From a virus (lineage: Duplodnaviria > Heunggongvirae > Uroviricota > Caudoviricetes), in IMG/VR virus record IMGVR_UViG_2547132254_000004, positions 1-44,342 of that record: a stretch of 44,342 bases of DNA, one strand, 5' to 3'. Below the pieces are notes generated by a model. The model made no database searches, had not been told where the DNA came from, and saw only the letters and a list, made by a program, of their open reading frames with translations. Of the stretch, positions 12,128 to 21,081 are shown piece after piece (within the stretch, counting starts at the first letter, position 1; every line of letters starts with the position of its first letter). A program made the translations under genes and the position numbers.

Positions 12128-12805
12128 TTATCTAAAGTTACTTATTACCCGATACCTTATGCTTTGGTTACTCGCATCAAGTACTTCGAATTTAGCCCCT
12201 TTATAGCCAATTGTTTTAGACTCCGCGAGATCATACTCAACATCGTTGTTGAAGGCCGGGCGTGCTGTATTCGATGAAAATTCACGATATCCAATGTTGA
12301 TTTTGTTTCCGACCCTTCCGTTGTAAAGCAGAGCTTGCTGGAAAGATGAATCACCACTGATATTCAGAGTAACCTTTTCGATAGGCATGTTAGTTTCACA
12401 GTTGGTAACACCGAAAACTGTTATTACACATAAGGCATTCTTTTTCTTTTCTACCATGATGCCCTGCCACATATCGGCAAGGGCTGCCTTTTCCACATTG
12501 GCTGAATCAGCACCGTTTGTGAGAAAGTAATAATCAGCCTTGTTATCCTCACCAACCTTTTTCAGCATCCCCGGAGTGATCGTATACGCCCAGGAAATTC
12601 TCGCAGGAGCATTAACCTTCAGACCTTCAAACCTCTGTGACACCCCCTGCTTAATCATTGAATCACCGACATAAGCTGTATTAATGCTTCCTACAGGAGG
12701 TTCACTATAATTTTCTGTTTTTGGTAAATAATTGTACTTCGGAGAGGTACATCCCCCGAGTAAAAGAGCCATGCCGACAACTGAATAAATTGTTAAGACT
12801 TTCAT
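12128..12805 (-). CDS. Predicted lipoprotein, function unknown (moron inside the tail operon)
   Basis: Start placed at ATG 12805 (MKVLTIYSVVGMALLLGGC...) preceded by a purine-rich RBS; signal peptide with LLGGC lipobox; 225 aa; AT-rich by eye; sits between tape measure and gpN, a junction normally contiguous in Mu-like tail clusters. Confidence 0.6.
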   Translation of the reverse strand: MKVLTIYSVVGMALLLGGCTSPKYNYLPKTENYSEPPVGSINTAYVGDSMIKQGVSQRFEGLKVNAPARISWAYTITPGMLKKVGEDNKADYYFLTNGADSANVEKAALADMWQGIMVEKKKNALCVITVFGVTNCETNMPIEKVTLNISGDSSFQQALLYNGRVGNKINIGYREFSSNTARPAFNNDVEYDLAESKTIGYKGAKFEVLDASNQSIRYRVISNFR

Positions 12806-12886
12806 ATCCCTATTCCCATCATTAAAGTATCGGACTAATCCTACCAAGAACCTGCTAAACGACAAAACCCGTGTTTAAGCGGGGTA

Positions 12887-14728
12887 TCAGCCCCCCATAC
12901 CAAATCGGGTGTAGCCAACGTCGTGATTCACGTCGATACCGCTGGATCGCGTTTCCATAACCCGCATACCCGGAGGCGAATTCACAAAAGATACCTTGAT
13001 CTCACCATCAACTTTTGGCGCAGAAGCTTTGTTAATCATGAAGGGATTCGGGCCTGTGGCATTAGAGGCGTTGTTTGACTGAGCCGGATCCACCGCCGGA
13101 TAAGGTGTGTATCCCCGCGCCGGTATTCCCGTCCCATAAGCATCATAAGCACCCGCGCCCCACTGCGCCGAGTTAATGGCATCGACCGTGTCACCGGAAC
13201 TGTCGGTAAGCCACTCAATAATTGGCTTCAGCTTGTCCCACATATCCTGAAACCACTTAACAACCGGCCCCCAGTTATTGATCACCATCCCCAGCGGCGA
13301 CCAGGCAAAAACTTTCTTAAGGAGTTCCCAGCCAGCCTCAAAATAAGGACCAATGGTTTCCCAGAGCTTCTTGAAATAAGGTCCGACAACATCCCAGTTA
13401 GTGATAATTAATCCCGCAGCCAGGGCTATCGCCGTCGCAATCATGCCAATCGGCGTCATCGACATGATCCTGCTGACAATACTGATGGCACTGCCCACGC
13501 CCATCAATCCCAGTTTCAGAATCGCAAGACCGGCAGCAAGCCCGACGACGCCGCGAATAACCCGGGGATTTTCATCCGCAAACTTCGTGAATTTTTCCCC
13601 CAATTCCCCCAGCCATTGCGTGATATTTTTGGCGTCACCAGAAAATACGCCGCCAATAGCCGCAAGGCCGTTAGTTGCGGTCCCCGTCATTGCCTCCCAC
13701 AGGTTGGACAGCGTACCAAGCTGTGCCTGAACACGTTTATTCAGGCTGGCCTGTTTATTCATCTTCTGCTGGATCTGATCGTAGCCATCCTTTCCTTTAT
13801 CGATTAGTGCATTGACCACCTGAAGGGTTTCGGCATCATCACCAAATATTGCCTTAAGTACACCTGTTCGCTTAACGTCGGTCAGTTTTCGCAGCTTTGC
13901 CAGTTGCCTGAACATGTTATCAAGACCGCCAAAACTTCCTTTGCCGTCAGTAAAATCGAGCTGTACCCCGAGTTTCTGGCGGGCCATAACTTTATTAACG
14001 TCTCTGATTTTCTTAACGCTTAACCCGGACTGGATAACTTTTCGCAGGGCATTACCTGCCGACTCCCCGTTCATCCCCATCTGATCCATCATGACGCTGA
14101 TGGGAGCAAGGCTCTGTGCAGCCTGAAGACCGTCCTTATTCACCATCTTCAGAACAGAACTGGTTTTAGTGAAGAAGGACAACATGTTGGTATCGTCAAC
14201 GCCCAGATAAAACGCCTTCTGGATAGTGTCGAACAGCCCCATCATGTCTTCTGACGCCGTTCCGGTAGCATCCTGCATCTTTGCAGCAAACTCAGCAGCC
14301 GCTTCCGGTGTTTTTTTCAGTTGTACCGCAAGATAAGCTGTCGCTTTACCCACACCACCCAGAATGTTTTCTGCCGGGATCCCCTGACGCACCAGCATCT
14401 GCATCATGTTCTGGAAATCAGCCGTTGTACCGGGTAGCTGGTTACCCAGGCCAATAGCCAGTTTATTGATGTCCTGAAAGCGCTTTCCAACCTCGCCGTT
14501 CGCATCCATCATGGCGACTTTCAGCCCGGTGGCGGCGTTTTCCTGATCGGCATAAGATTTCAGGGAAAGCGTCAGACCCGCTGCCAGTCCGCCACCAAGC
14601 GCCAGCCCACCCTGTGACGCTTCTTCCGCCTGGCGTTTAAATCCCCGGATTTTCTTTTGCATTTTCGACAGCGCGGGAGAAAGCCTGTCGACACCGGTGA
14701 TCAACGCCTTAAGCTCAAATTCAGCCAT
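12887..14728 (-). CDS. Tail tape measure protein
   Basis: 613 aa, Ala/Gly/Leu-rich with hydrophobic segments, directly downstream of the frameshifted chaperone pair. Confidence 0.85.
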   Translation of the reverse strand: MAEFELKALITGVDRLSPALSKMQKKIRGFKRQAEEASQGGLALGGGLAAGLTLSLKSYADQENAATGLKVAMMDANGEVGKRFQDINKLAIGLGNQLPGTTADFQNMMQMLVRQGIPAENILGGVGKATAYLAVQLKKTPEAAAEFAAKMQDATGTASEDMMGLFDTIQKAFYLGVDDTNMLSFFTKTSSVLKMVNKDGLQAAQSLAPISVMMDQMGMNGESAGNALRKVIQSGLSVKKIRDVNKVMARQKLGVQLDFTDGKGSFGGLDNMFRQLAKLRKLTDVKRTGVLKAIFGDDAETLQVVNALIDKGKDGYDQIQQKMNKQASLNKRVQAQLGTLSNLWEAMTGTATNGLAAIGGVFSGDAKNITQWLGELGEKFTKFADENPRVIRGVVGLAAGLAILKLGLMGVGSAISIVSRIMSMTPIGMIATAIALAAGLIITNWDVVGPYFKKLWETIGPYFEAGWELLKKVFAWSPLGMVINNWGPVVKWFQDMWDKLKPIIEWLTDSSGDTVDAINSAQWGAGAYDAYGTGIPARGYTPYPAVDPAQSNNASNATGPNPFMINKASAPKVDGEIKVSFVNSPPGMRVMETRSSGIDVNHDVGYTRFGMGG

Positions 14729-14903
14729 GTGTGCGTTTCTCCTGCTCTATCCTGTTTGCCTGACTGACCAGTAAGGGAATTTCACTGATCGGCATATTCA
14801 GCAATTCGAAAGGATTAATGCGCCAGTAGCTGGCGCAGTCAAAGAAGCGATCAGTGAGGTATTCAGCCGTCAGGCCTGGAGGAAAAAACCGGCCACAAGC
14901 CAC
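14721..14903 (-). CDS. Tail assembly chaperone frameshift extension (GT-like -1 frame)
   Basis: ORF overlaps the 3' end of the upstream chaperone ORF; the overlap contains the slippery heptamer U UUU UUC (minus strand, 14882-14888), so translation likely enters by -1 frameshift rather than from the track ATG. Confidence 0.55.
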   Translation of the reverse strand: MACGRFFPPGLTAEYLTDRFFDCASYWRINPFELLNMPISEIPLLVSQANRIEQEKRTHG

Positions 14904-15139
14904 GCCGCTGCATTCAGGTCTGCCGGAGACATCTGGTCGACAGAGCTTTGCGGCACTTTCGCCAGCCGCACAATGTATTTCGACACCACATGCGCCAGAA
15001 GTCTGACGGACTCATCCTGATTCATCTGGTAGGGATACCCCAGCTCGCGGACATCCTTCCCGGTGGGCTCATCAAACTCCAGTACGGAGAGTGTCTCGCC
15101 ATGAGCAGTAATCGGTTTCTTTAACTCAAGCTCTTTCAT
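14870..15139 (-). CDS. Tail assembly chaperone (lambda G-like / Mu gp41-like)
   Basis: 89 aa between tail tube and tape measure; ends ...LVAGFFLQA just past the slippery site. Confidence 0.6.
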   Translation of the reverse strand: MKELELKKPITAHGETLSVLEFDEPTGKDVRELGYPYQMNQDESVRLLAHVVSKYIVRLAKVPQSSVDQMSPADLNAAAWLVAGFFLQA

Positions 15140-15495
15140 TACTGGTAATCCCCTTCTTCACCGTGGAACTCAAGATCAACCGTGCCTTCTTCGGCATTAT
15201 GGTTCGCTTCGCCGTGCAGCCAGGCGGACGACAATACATAGACCTGACCGTTCGCCAGCTCGGCAGTGATGGTCATCTCATCAGACGAGGTGATTTTGCT
15301 CACCGGAAAATTCTTCGGCACCTTGAAGGTCCCTTTGACATAAGGCGCACGGTGAGTTTCCTTGCGGTCCACTGAACCGTCCAGGCCGATGATGTCATCA
15401 TTGACCGTCCTGTTCATGGGCACCTCAATGCCGCCGGTCAGCGATAGCTGCTGACCGTCAATTTTGAAATAACAGGTTCCCCCGATACGGGCCAT
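15139..15495 (-). CDS. Tail tube protein (Mu M-like)
   Basis: 118 aa immediately downstream of the sheath gene. Confidence 0.75.
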   Translation of the reverse strand: MARIGGTCYFKIDGQQLSLTGGIEVPMNRTVNDDIIGLDGSVDRKETHRAPYVKGTFKVPKNFPVSKITSSDEMTITAELANGQVYVLSSAWLHGEANHNAEEGTVDLEFHGEEGDYQ

Positions 15496-16991
15496 TATGC
15501 AGACTCCTCTGAATACTGAAGACGGAACTGGTTAACCACGGCAAAGACACGCAACTGGTTAACATAGTCAGGCGGGAACAGCGTGTTCAGGCGGTTCGGA
15601 TCGCTGGCATCACGCTCCACAGCCAGGTACTGCTTAAACAGTTCGTAGTTTTCCACGATCCCCGCACGCTCAAGCTGACGGTAGGTTGCCAGCAGTTCCC
15701 CTTTGATCACCGCCGGTGTGACAATCGCCTGACCGGGACCAAAGCGGGTACCGTCACTGGCAAGCTTGTGACGCCCGTACTTACTGGTAATGACGGATTT
15801 CAGTTTGCGCAGCACATACGCGCTGGTATGCAGCGTCTCGCTGTCGAGGTAGCTGTTATCCGCAACACCGTAAGCATTTTTCCTGTACGTGGTGACATCA
15901 CGCTGAATGCGCAGTACCCCGCTTTCGACATACGCCGTTGCCACGCCATGAGACAGCAGGGTCTGTTGTTCGGTCATCGTGAACCGTTTCCCCTTCGGCG
16001 CAGGCAGCATACCCACCAGCTCACCGGTCTGCGTGGGACGTGCCGGATCGTTGCGGATAAACACCGCTGCGCGGGCGGTACGGCTTGCCGCCAGTTCGTC
16101 GGCAGGCGTCTGGGTGTCTTTTTCGTACCCCGCCAGGGTAATGTGCTGCTGGTTAAACTGGTCACCTGCGGTCACCAGTTCTGACAGCGTGCCGATCTTT
16201 GCCGTATACACATGACCATACAGCTGACGCGCATAGCTCCAGCGACCGCTGGTATCGTTCATCTCGGTCACCAGCGTGTTAACGGAGGCCGTGTCGTTGA
16301 ACGGCAGACCGATATAATCAAACGGCTCATCCGCCATTGCAGCCACCGCGCCGGTGAGAACCGGAGCGCCCGTTCCGGCGGTCCCCGTCGCCACGGCAAT
16401 CTGTACGCCCGCTGGCAGCACTTCGCCCCCACCGAAGCCGTAGTAATTGAGGCTGACAGGAATTTCATTCCCGCAAAGCCCCTTATGACGCGCGGTCAGC
16501 GTGACAACACCAGCCGAAGATGAAGCTGTAAACGGCAGAGTCGGAACGGCATTGATGGCATCTTTGATACTGCTGGCAATCGTCGTGACGTTATCGCCGT
16601 TGGTCACCGGAGCCTGCACGCGGGTACGTCCCACATAGACATTCACCGTGCCGCTTTCGGTTGCTTCCCCGGTCACCGTCAGCGTAACCGTTGCCGCCGC
16701 GCCTGTGGCTTCCGGAACGGCAATCACATACAGCTCACCAAACGGGTCGGTCTGGCGATAAGCCTCGACCATACGCGCCAGCTGACTTCCCGCACCACAA
16801 ATCTGGCGTGCATAGTCTGCCGACGGCATCAGCACCAGACTGTTGGCAACAATCTCTGCACCGTTATTGGCATGACCAATCAGCAGCGATGCTCCGCTGT
16901 CCTGTGCAGTATTCGCAGCCTGGTTATCCATTTCCGCATAAAACAGCGGAACCAGCGTATTCGACGGAATGGTGTTAAAGCTTATCGTCAT
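15495..16991 (-). CDS. Tail sheath protein (Mu L-like)
   Basis: 498 aa with ATG start; position and sequence typical of contractile-tail sheath proteins. Confidence 0.85.
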   Translation of the reverse strand: MTISFNTIPSNTLVPLFYAEMDNQAANTAQDSGASLLIGHANNGAEIVANSLVLMPSADYARQICGAGSQLARMVEAYRQTDPFGELYVIAVPEATGAAATVTLTVTGEATESGTVNVYVGRTRVQAPVTNGDNVTTIASSIKDAINAVPTLPFTASSSAGVVTLTARHKGLCGNEIPVSLNYYGFGGGEVLPAGVQIAVATGTAGTGAPVLTGAVAAMADEPFDYIGLPFNDTASVNTLVTEMNDTSGRWSYARQLYGHVYTAKIGTLSELVTAGDQFNQQHITLAGYEKDTQTPADELAASRTARAAVFIRNDPARPTQTGELVGMLPAPKGKRFTMTEQQTLLSHGVATAYVESGVLRIQRDVTTYRKNAYGVADNSYLDSETLHTSAYVLRKLKSVITSKYGRHKLASDGTRFGPGQAIVTPAVIKGELLATYRQLERAGIVENYELFKQYLAVERDASDPNRLNTLFPPDYVNQLRVFAVVNQFRLQYSEESA

Positions 16992-17145
16992 CGGTGTTCA
17001 CCTTTTTATTCACGCGCCGGATATCACCCGCTGCTTCACGGCGCAGCCAGTAGTTGTTCTCATCAACATTTCGCCCTTCGGCGGGCAAAAGGTCGCCGCG
17101 GGCAGGGTCAGGCACTGACCGCCCTTTAACAGGTTTCACAAACAT
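16975..17145 (-). CDS. Small conserved tail-module protein (Mu gp38/DUF2635-like)
   Basis: 56-aa ORF (MFVKPVKGRSVPDPARGDLLPAEGRNVDENNYW...) below the track cut-off, found by hand; ATG at 17143-17145, stop overlapping the sheath start. Confidence 0.4.
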   Translation of the reverse strand: MFVKPVKGRSVPDPARGDLLPAEGRNVDENNYWLRREAAGDIRRVNKKVNTDDDKL

Positions 17146-17153
17146 GATGATCC

Positions 17154-17714
17154 TCAGGAAGGAAGGGGTATTTCGGTGTGATGTTCGATATCGCCGTCAG
17201 ACCCGTTACCGGGATCGAGATAATCAACATCAATCGCCAGCGTTCGCAGTTCATCCAGACTGTTCAGGTCATCCTGCTGGCGGGTATCGTCTTCGGTCAG
17301 CTCGCTGATGACCGAAAAATCGAACTGATAAATCAGCTCATGACGATTCAGATCCAGCAGCGTGCCGCCGTCATAGGTAATCGGGTTACCGCACGCTTCC
17401 GGGTTCCAGCCCAGCAGAGCCTTAAAGAGCATCTGCCGGACATCGTCCACCACATCATACGAGGCAAACTGACCGCGCTCATCACGCCCGTTACTCAGTA
17501 TGACAACCACGGAGAAGCCCTCTTTCAGCTCCTGCCAGTAGTCGGTCTGGCTTTTGTTTTCTCCCGGAGAATCATCACCCGGTACAACATATGCCGCCGG
17601 GAGTTTCAGCTTTCCGACCTCCGGCAGATTTTTGAACTGGGCCGCGCCTGCCACCCGGTTTTCAAAATACGGGCAGCGGGCACGCAGCGCAGCAATAACA
17701 GGCGTCAGTTTCAT
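17154..17714 (-). CDS. Mu gp37-like tail protein
   Basis: 186 aa, acidic, upstream of the sheath gene in Mu order; assignment by synteny. Confidence 0.45.
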   Translation of the reverse strand: MKLTPVIAALRARCPYFENRVAGAAQFKNLPEVGKLKLPAAYVVPGDDSPGENKSQTDYWQELKEGFSVVVILSNGRDERGQFASYDVVDDVRQMLFKALLGWNPEACGNPITYDGGTLLDLNRHELIYQFDFSVISELTEDDTRQQDDLNSLDELRTLAIDVDYLDPGNGSDGDIEHHTEIPLPS

Positions 17715-18217
17715 CTGTGTCGTCGCTCCGGCTTCAGTGATTTACGCAATTCCCGCGCCAGAAAATAGCGTGTCCAGCTGCGGTTCTTTTCAAGAGTTTC
17801 CACCATGAAGTTATTACGTGGAGCCAGTCGCCAGCCGCTGCCACCGGATGCACCACGATGATGACTACGACGACGTTTTGCTCCTCCCCGGACACCAAAA
17901 AACAGAAACGCCGGATAGAAGTCACCAGAGATCATCCGGTTCCCCTTCCCGTTGCGCTGGTTAGGGGCAATGCGTGTCATAAAACCGGCTCGCTTTTTAC
18001 TGGCTCTCGGCACCATATAACCAATCGAACGAGCCAGGCGTCCGGTCTGATAACCGGGGTTTTCACCCGGTGCCGACCGCGCACGGCGCATCACCAGCCG
18101 ACGGGCATCACGCATATGATGCTGCCCAATCGTGACAAACGCCCGCCGGACACGGGCGCGGTTAAAGCGCATCTCGGCGGGCTGCTGAACATCAACGTGA
18201 AAAAAGGGAGTCGCCAT
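17711..18217 (-). CDS. HK97 gp10-like head-tail joining protein
   Basis: 168 aa, basic; ATG preceded by GGAGG; lies between head-closure and tail genes. Confidence 0.45.
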   Translation of the reverse strand: MATPFFHVDVQQPAEMRFNRARVRRAFVTIGQHHMRDARRLVMRRARSAPGENPGYQTGRLARSIGYMVPRASKKRAGFMTRIAPNQRNGKGNRMISGDFYPAFLFFGVRGGAKRRRSHHRGASGGSGWRLAPRNNFMVETLEKNRSWTRYFLARELRKSLKPERRHR

Positions 18218-18602
18218 TGCTGCCTCCGTGACTCTGCCTACATTCGCCCAGCTCCGTACACTCCAGCAGCAGAAAGCGCCGCGCCCCGTTCAGATCGCGC
18301 TGACGTTTCACCCGGTACACACTGTCACCGCAGACCACCTCATAATCAGCGGTGATCCCCCGGCGGTAACGAATGGTGATGTAATGGGTGATGGCGTCCC
18401 CGGTCTGCGCGGTTTCCTGCCAGGTGGTGGCACTGGTCTGGATAACCTTCGCCCATGTCCGGAACGTAACCGGGTATTGAGGCTCCACGCCAAAGTTATC
18501 CGCGGGCATATCCACCCGCAGGCGGATCAGGACGCGTTTATTCAGTTCACCGGGGTCCGGCAGAATGTAGGTTGCGCTGGTCTGCGCCTGACGAATTTTC
18601 AT
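18192..18602 (-). CDS. Head closure / head-tail adaptor protein
   Basis: 136 aa in the conserved connector block after the major capsid gene. Confidence 0.5.
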   Translation of the reverse strand: MKIRQAQTSATYILPDPGELNKRVLIRLRVDMPADNFGVEPQYPVTFRTWAKVIQTSATTWQETAQTGDAITHYITIRYRRGITADYEVVCGDSVYRVKRQRDLNGARRFLLLECTELGECRQSHGGSNGDSLFSR

Positions 18603-18922
18603 TGCGGAAAGTACCTGTACGGGCCGACAAGCCAGCCAAAACTCTGCGGCATGTCGAGTTTCTCCACTTCCGTAACCGACGAGCGGTTTTCGTAAAAATG
18701 GCTGATAAGCATCAGCATCCCCAGACGAATATCATCCGTCAGGTGCAGCCCGTCCGGATCGCTCTCCGGAATGGTTTCATCCGGTGCATAGAGCTTCCGG
18801 TTCAGATACGTTTCCGTCCGCTTTTGCGCCGCACAGGCCAGCAGTTGCAGATGGCGGTCATCAGCATCGAAATCCTCATCCAGCCGGAGTTGGGCTTTAA
18901 TCTCTTCCATTGTCAGAAGCAT
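18599..18922 (-). CDS. Head-tail connector protein (gp6-like)
   Basis: 107 aa (MLLTMEEIKAQLRLDEDFD...), typical N-terminus of phage gp6-type connector proteins. Confidence 0.55.
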   Translation of the reverse strand: MLLTMEEIKAQLRLDEDFDADDRHLQLLACAAQKRTETYLNRKLYAPDETIPESDPDGLHLTDDIRLGMLMLISHFYENRSSVTEVEKLDMPQSFGWLVGPYRYFPQ

Positions 18923-18924
18923 AC

Positions 18925-19125
18925 TCAGCCCTCTTTACTGGTCGTGGCTTTTTTCTCTTTTGCCGCTTTACTGCTTTTTGCACTGGTTCCGCGCTCTGCT
19001 AACCCGGCCTGAAGTGCAATCTCCTGCACCCGGGCAGGAAGCGCCCCGTCGTCATACTCACCGGCCCGAATGACCTCAACACGCATACCGTCCGGTGACC
19101 ATTTCAGATCTTGTTTCAGGATCAT
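18925..19125 (-). CDS. Small hypothetical head-module protein
   Basis: 66-aa ORF packed between capsid and connector genes; Lys/Ala-rich C-terminus. Confidence 0.3.
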   Translation of the reverse strand: MILKQDLKWSPDGMRVEVIRAGEYDDGALPARVQEIALQAGLAERGTSAKSSKAAKEKKATTSKEG

Positions 19126-19174
19126 GATTCTTCACCCGTCAGAACAGGGGGCGCGGTTCCGCGCCCCTGAGTGA

Positions 19175-20380
19175 TTACGCCGCTGCAATCTTCAGCAGTT
19201 TGATGGCCTGCGAATCGACCAGCATCCCGCCGGTGCGCTTGGTGGTATAAAAACCGACAAACGGTTTATTGGTGTACGGGTCACGCAGAATGCGGGTGCC
19301 GATACGATCAACGATGGTGTAACCCCGTTTGAAGTTACCAAATGCAATGGCTTTCGCATCCGCGGCGATATCCGGCATCTGTTCGTTTTCAGCGATACCG
19401 TAACCCGCCAGAGAGGACGGCTGCCCCAGTTCCAGCCCCGGACGCCACAGATAGTTACCCTCGGTGTCTTTCAGCAGACGGATGGCAAACAGGCTGTTGT
19501 TGTTCATCATGAACTTCGCGCCGGTGCGGTGTGCCTTACGCAGCGTGTAAATCAGTTTGATAATGGCGTCTGCGGTCACCGCAGTCGCGTCGCCGGATAC
19601 AATATGCTGAAGTTTGCCGAACGCCCGGACCTTATCGGTTTCATCCGTGGATTCATACGCCAGGAACCCTTTCGGCTTCTTGGTACCATCGCCGGTGGTA
19701 AAGGCAATTTCTTCCTGTTCGGCAAATTCGGTTGCCAGCTCGCTGTTGATCCATGCTTCCACGTTGAAAAAGGCATCATCCAGCATTTTCTGGGTGGCCT
19801 GCGGGTTACCGTAGATTTCCCCCATGAAAGGTTCAATCAGGCCCAGTTTTGAGGTGGCAGTCTGGGAGCGCGCGTCAGTCTCGCCAACCCATCCGGAAGC
19901 CGTGCCGCCCAGATTCACCAGTTTTTTGTAGTCGGAACCACCAATGGTGATCACCGTGGCTTCCTGACGCATCACCACTTCATCTTTCAGCAAGGTCAGA
20001 ATGTTGCGATCCAGCGCTTCCGGCACGGCATAGCCGCCGTCTTCATCGGTGCCCACCTGTAATGCCTTGCGCTCCAGATCGCGCAGACCATCTTCACGGC
20101 CTTTACGCAGGAAGCCCACAAACGCTTCTTTATGCTCGGTGGTCAGTTTATTTTGCGCACCACCTGCCGGACGTTTCAGCTCAAGCAGCTCTTTTTCAAG
20201 ATCGCTTTTGAGGTTTTCCAGCTCGCTGAGTTTTCCGTTCAGGGTTTCCACCTGCCCGGCAAGCTTGCCTTTTTCCTGCTCAATCGCATCCACGCGCTTG
20301 TCGTTCTTTGCTTTGAAGTCGTCAAACTTCTGCTGCAGCTCCTGCGCGACCTGTTCGACATCTTTAATATCAACCGCCAT
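19175..20380 (-). CDS. Major capsid protein, HK97 family
   Basis: 401 aa with an N-terminal coiled-coil delta region (MAVDIKDVEQVAQELQQKFDDFKAKNDK...) then capsid body, directly downstream of the prohead protease. Confidence 0.9.
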   Translation of the reverse strand: MAVDIKDVEQVAQELQQKFDDFKAKNDKRVDAIEQEKGKLAGQVETLNGKLSELENLKSDLEKELLELKRPAGGAQNKLTTEHKEAFVGFLRKGREDGLRDLERKALQVGTDEDGGYAVPEALDRNILTLLKDEVVMRQEATVITIGGSDYKKLVNLGGTASGWVGETDARSQTATSKLGLIEPFMGEIYGNPQATQKMLDDAFFNVEAWINSELATEFAEQEEIAFTTGDGTKKPKGFLAYESTDETDKVRAFGKLQHIVSGDATAVTADAIIKLIYTLRKAHRTGAKFMMNNNSLFAIRLLKDTEGNYLWRPGLELGQPSSLAGYGIAENEQMPDIAADAKAIAFGNFKRGYTIVDRIGTRILRDPYTNKPFVGFYTTKRTGGMLVDSQAIKLLKIAAA

Positions 20381-20394
20381 CGTATTTCTCCTGA

Positions 20395-21081
20395 TTAGAA
20401 GTTCAGATTTTTCAGTGCATTCAGTGCAGAGCCCACATCCTCAGCGTCGCGCAGGGACAGTGCGCCATAGCCCCCGGCCATGAATGCTTTGGCCTGGGTA
20501 CGGGAGAGTCCGACATCACGCAGGACTCTTTCGATTTTTTTCTGTTCGGGGATTTCCCCGCGGGCCAGTGCGTTCTTGACGTCGCTGATCCGCGCCTCGT
20601 CGTTAGACGGGAACGTCACCAGGCTGACTTCCCAGAGGTCGATTTCTTTCAGCAGAAAGGCTTCTTTGCTCCGGTCGTATTCCCAGTCTTTCAGGACGTA
20701 CCCAATAGAAAGGCCGGTTAACGAACCGGCCTTCATGTGTGCATGTGCGCGTTTTGCGAGGGGATCATCATCAATAAGCAACCGTCCCCTGACGTAAAGC
20801 CCGACATCGTCTTCCTTCATTTCGGTGTAAACACCGATGGGTTCATCCATGCGGTGCTGCCAGAGCAGCGCAGGTAACGCTTTTCTGTCACTCCACGCCC
20901 GCAGGGAAGCAGCAAATGCCCCGGACATCACCACATCATCGTGGCTGTCCTTTACACCAAAGACGGAGCCATACCCTTCAAACTCACCGGAGTCACTGAC
21001 AGATTTCAGACTCAGCGGTACATCAAGACGTTGTTTCGTCTGCATTGGCGTTATCCTTCTGCTTACCGGCTTTACTGCCAT
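20395..21081 (-). CDS. Prohead protease, HK97 family
   Basis: 228 aa between portal and capsid; GYGSVFGVKDSHDDVVMSGAF motif region typical of this family. Confidence 0.85.
   Translation of the reverse strand: MAVKPVSRRITPMQTKQRLDVPLSLKSVSDSGEFEGYGSVFGVKDSHDDVVMSGAFAASLRAWSDRKALPALLWQHRMDEPIGVYTEMKEDDVGLYVRGRLLIDDDPLAKRAHAHMKAGSLTGLSIGYVLKDWEYDRSKEAFLLKEIDLWEVSLVTFPSNDEARISDVKNALARGEIPEQKKIERVLRDVGLSRTQAKAFMAGGYGALSLRDAEDVGSALNALKNLNF

Noticed and set aside
17178-17768. Long antisense ORFs inside structural genes (this and similar ones at 8709-9167, 10897-11394, 15768-16184, 17858-18355, 18572-19012, 21674-22249)
   Set aside because: They lie opposite well-supported, tightly packed operon genes in GC-rich DNA where long shadow ORFs arise by chance; no RBS or recognisable motifs.
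20049-20483. Ser-rich 144-aa ORF antisense to the capsid and protease genes
   Set aside because: Low-complexity translation of the opposite strand of the capsid coiled-coil region.
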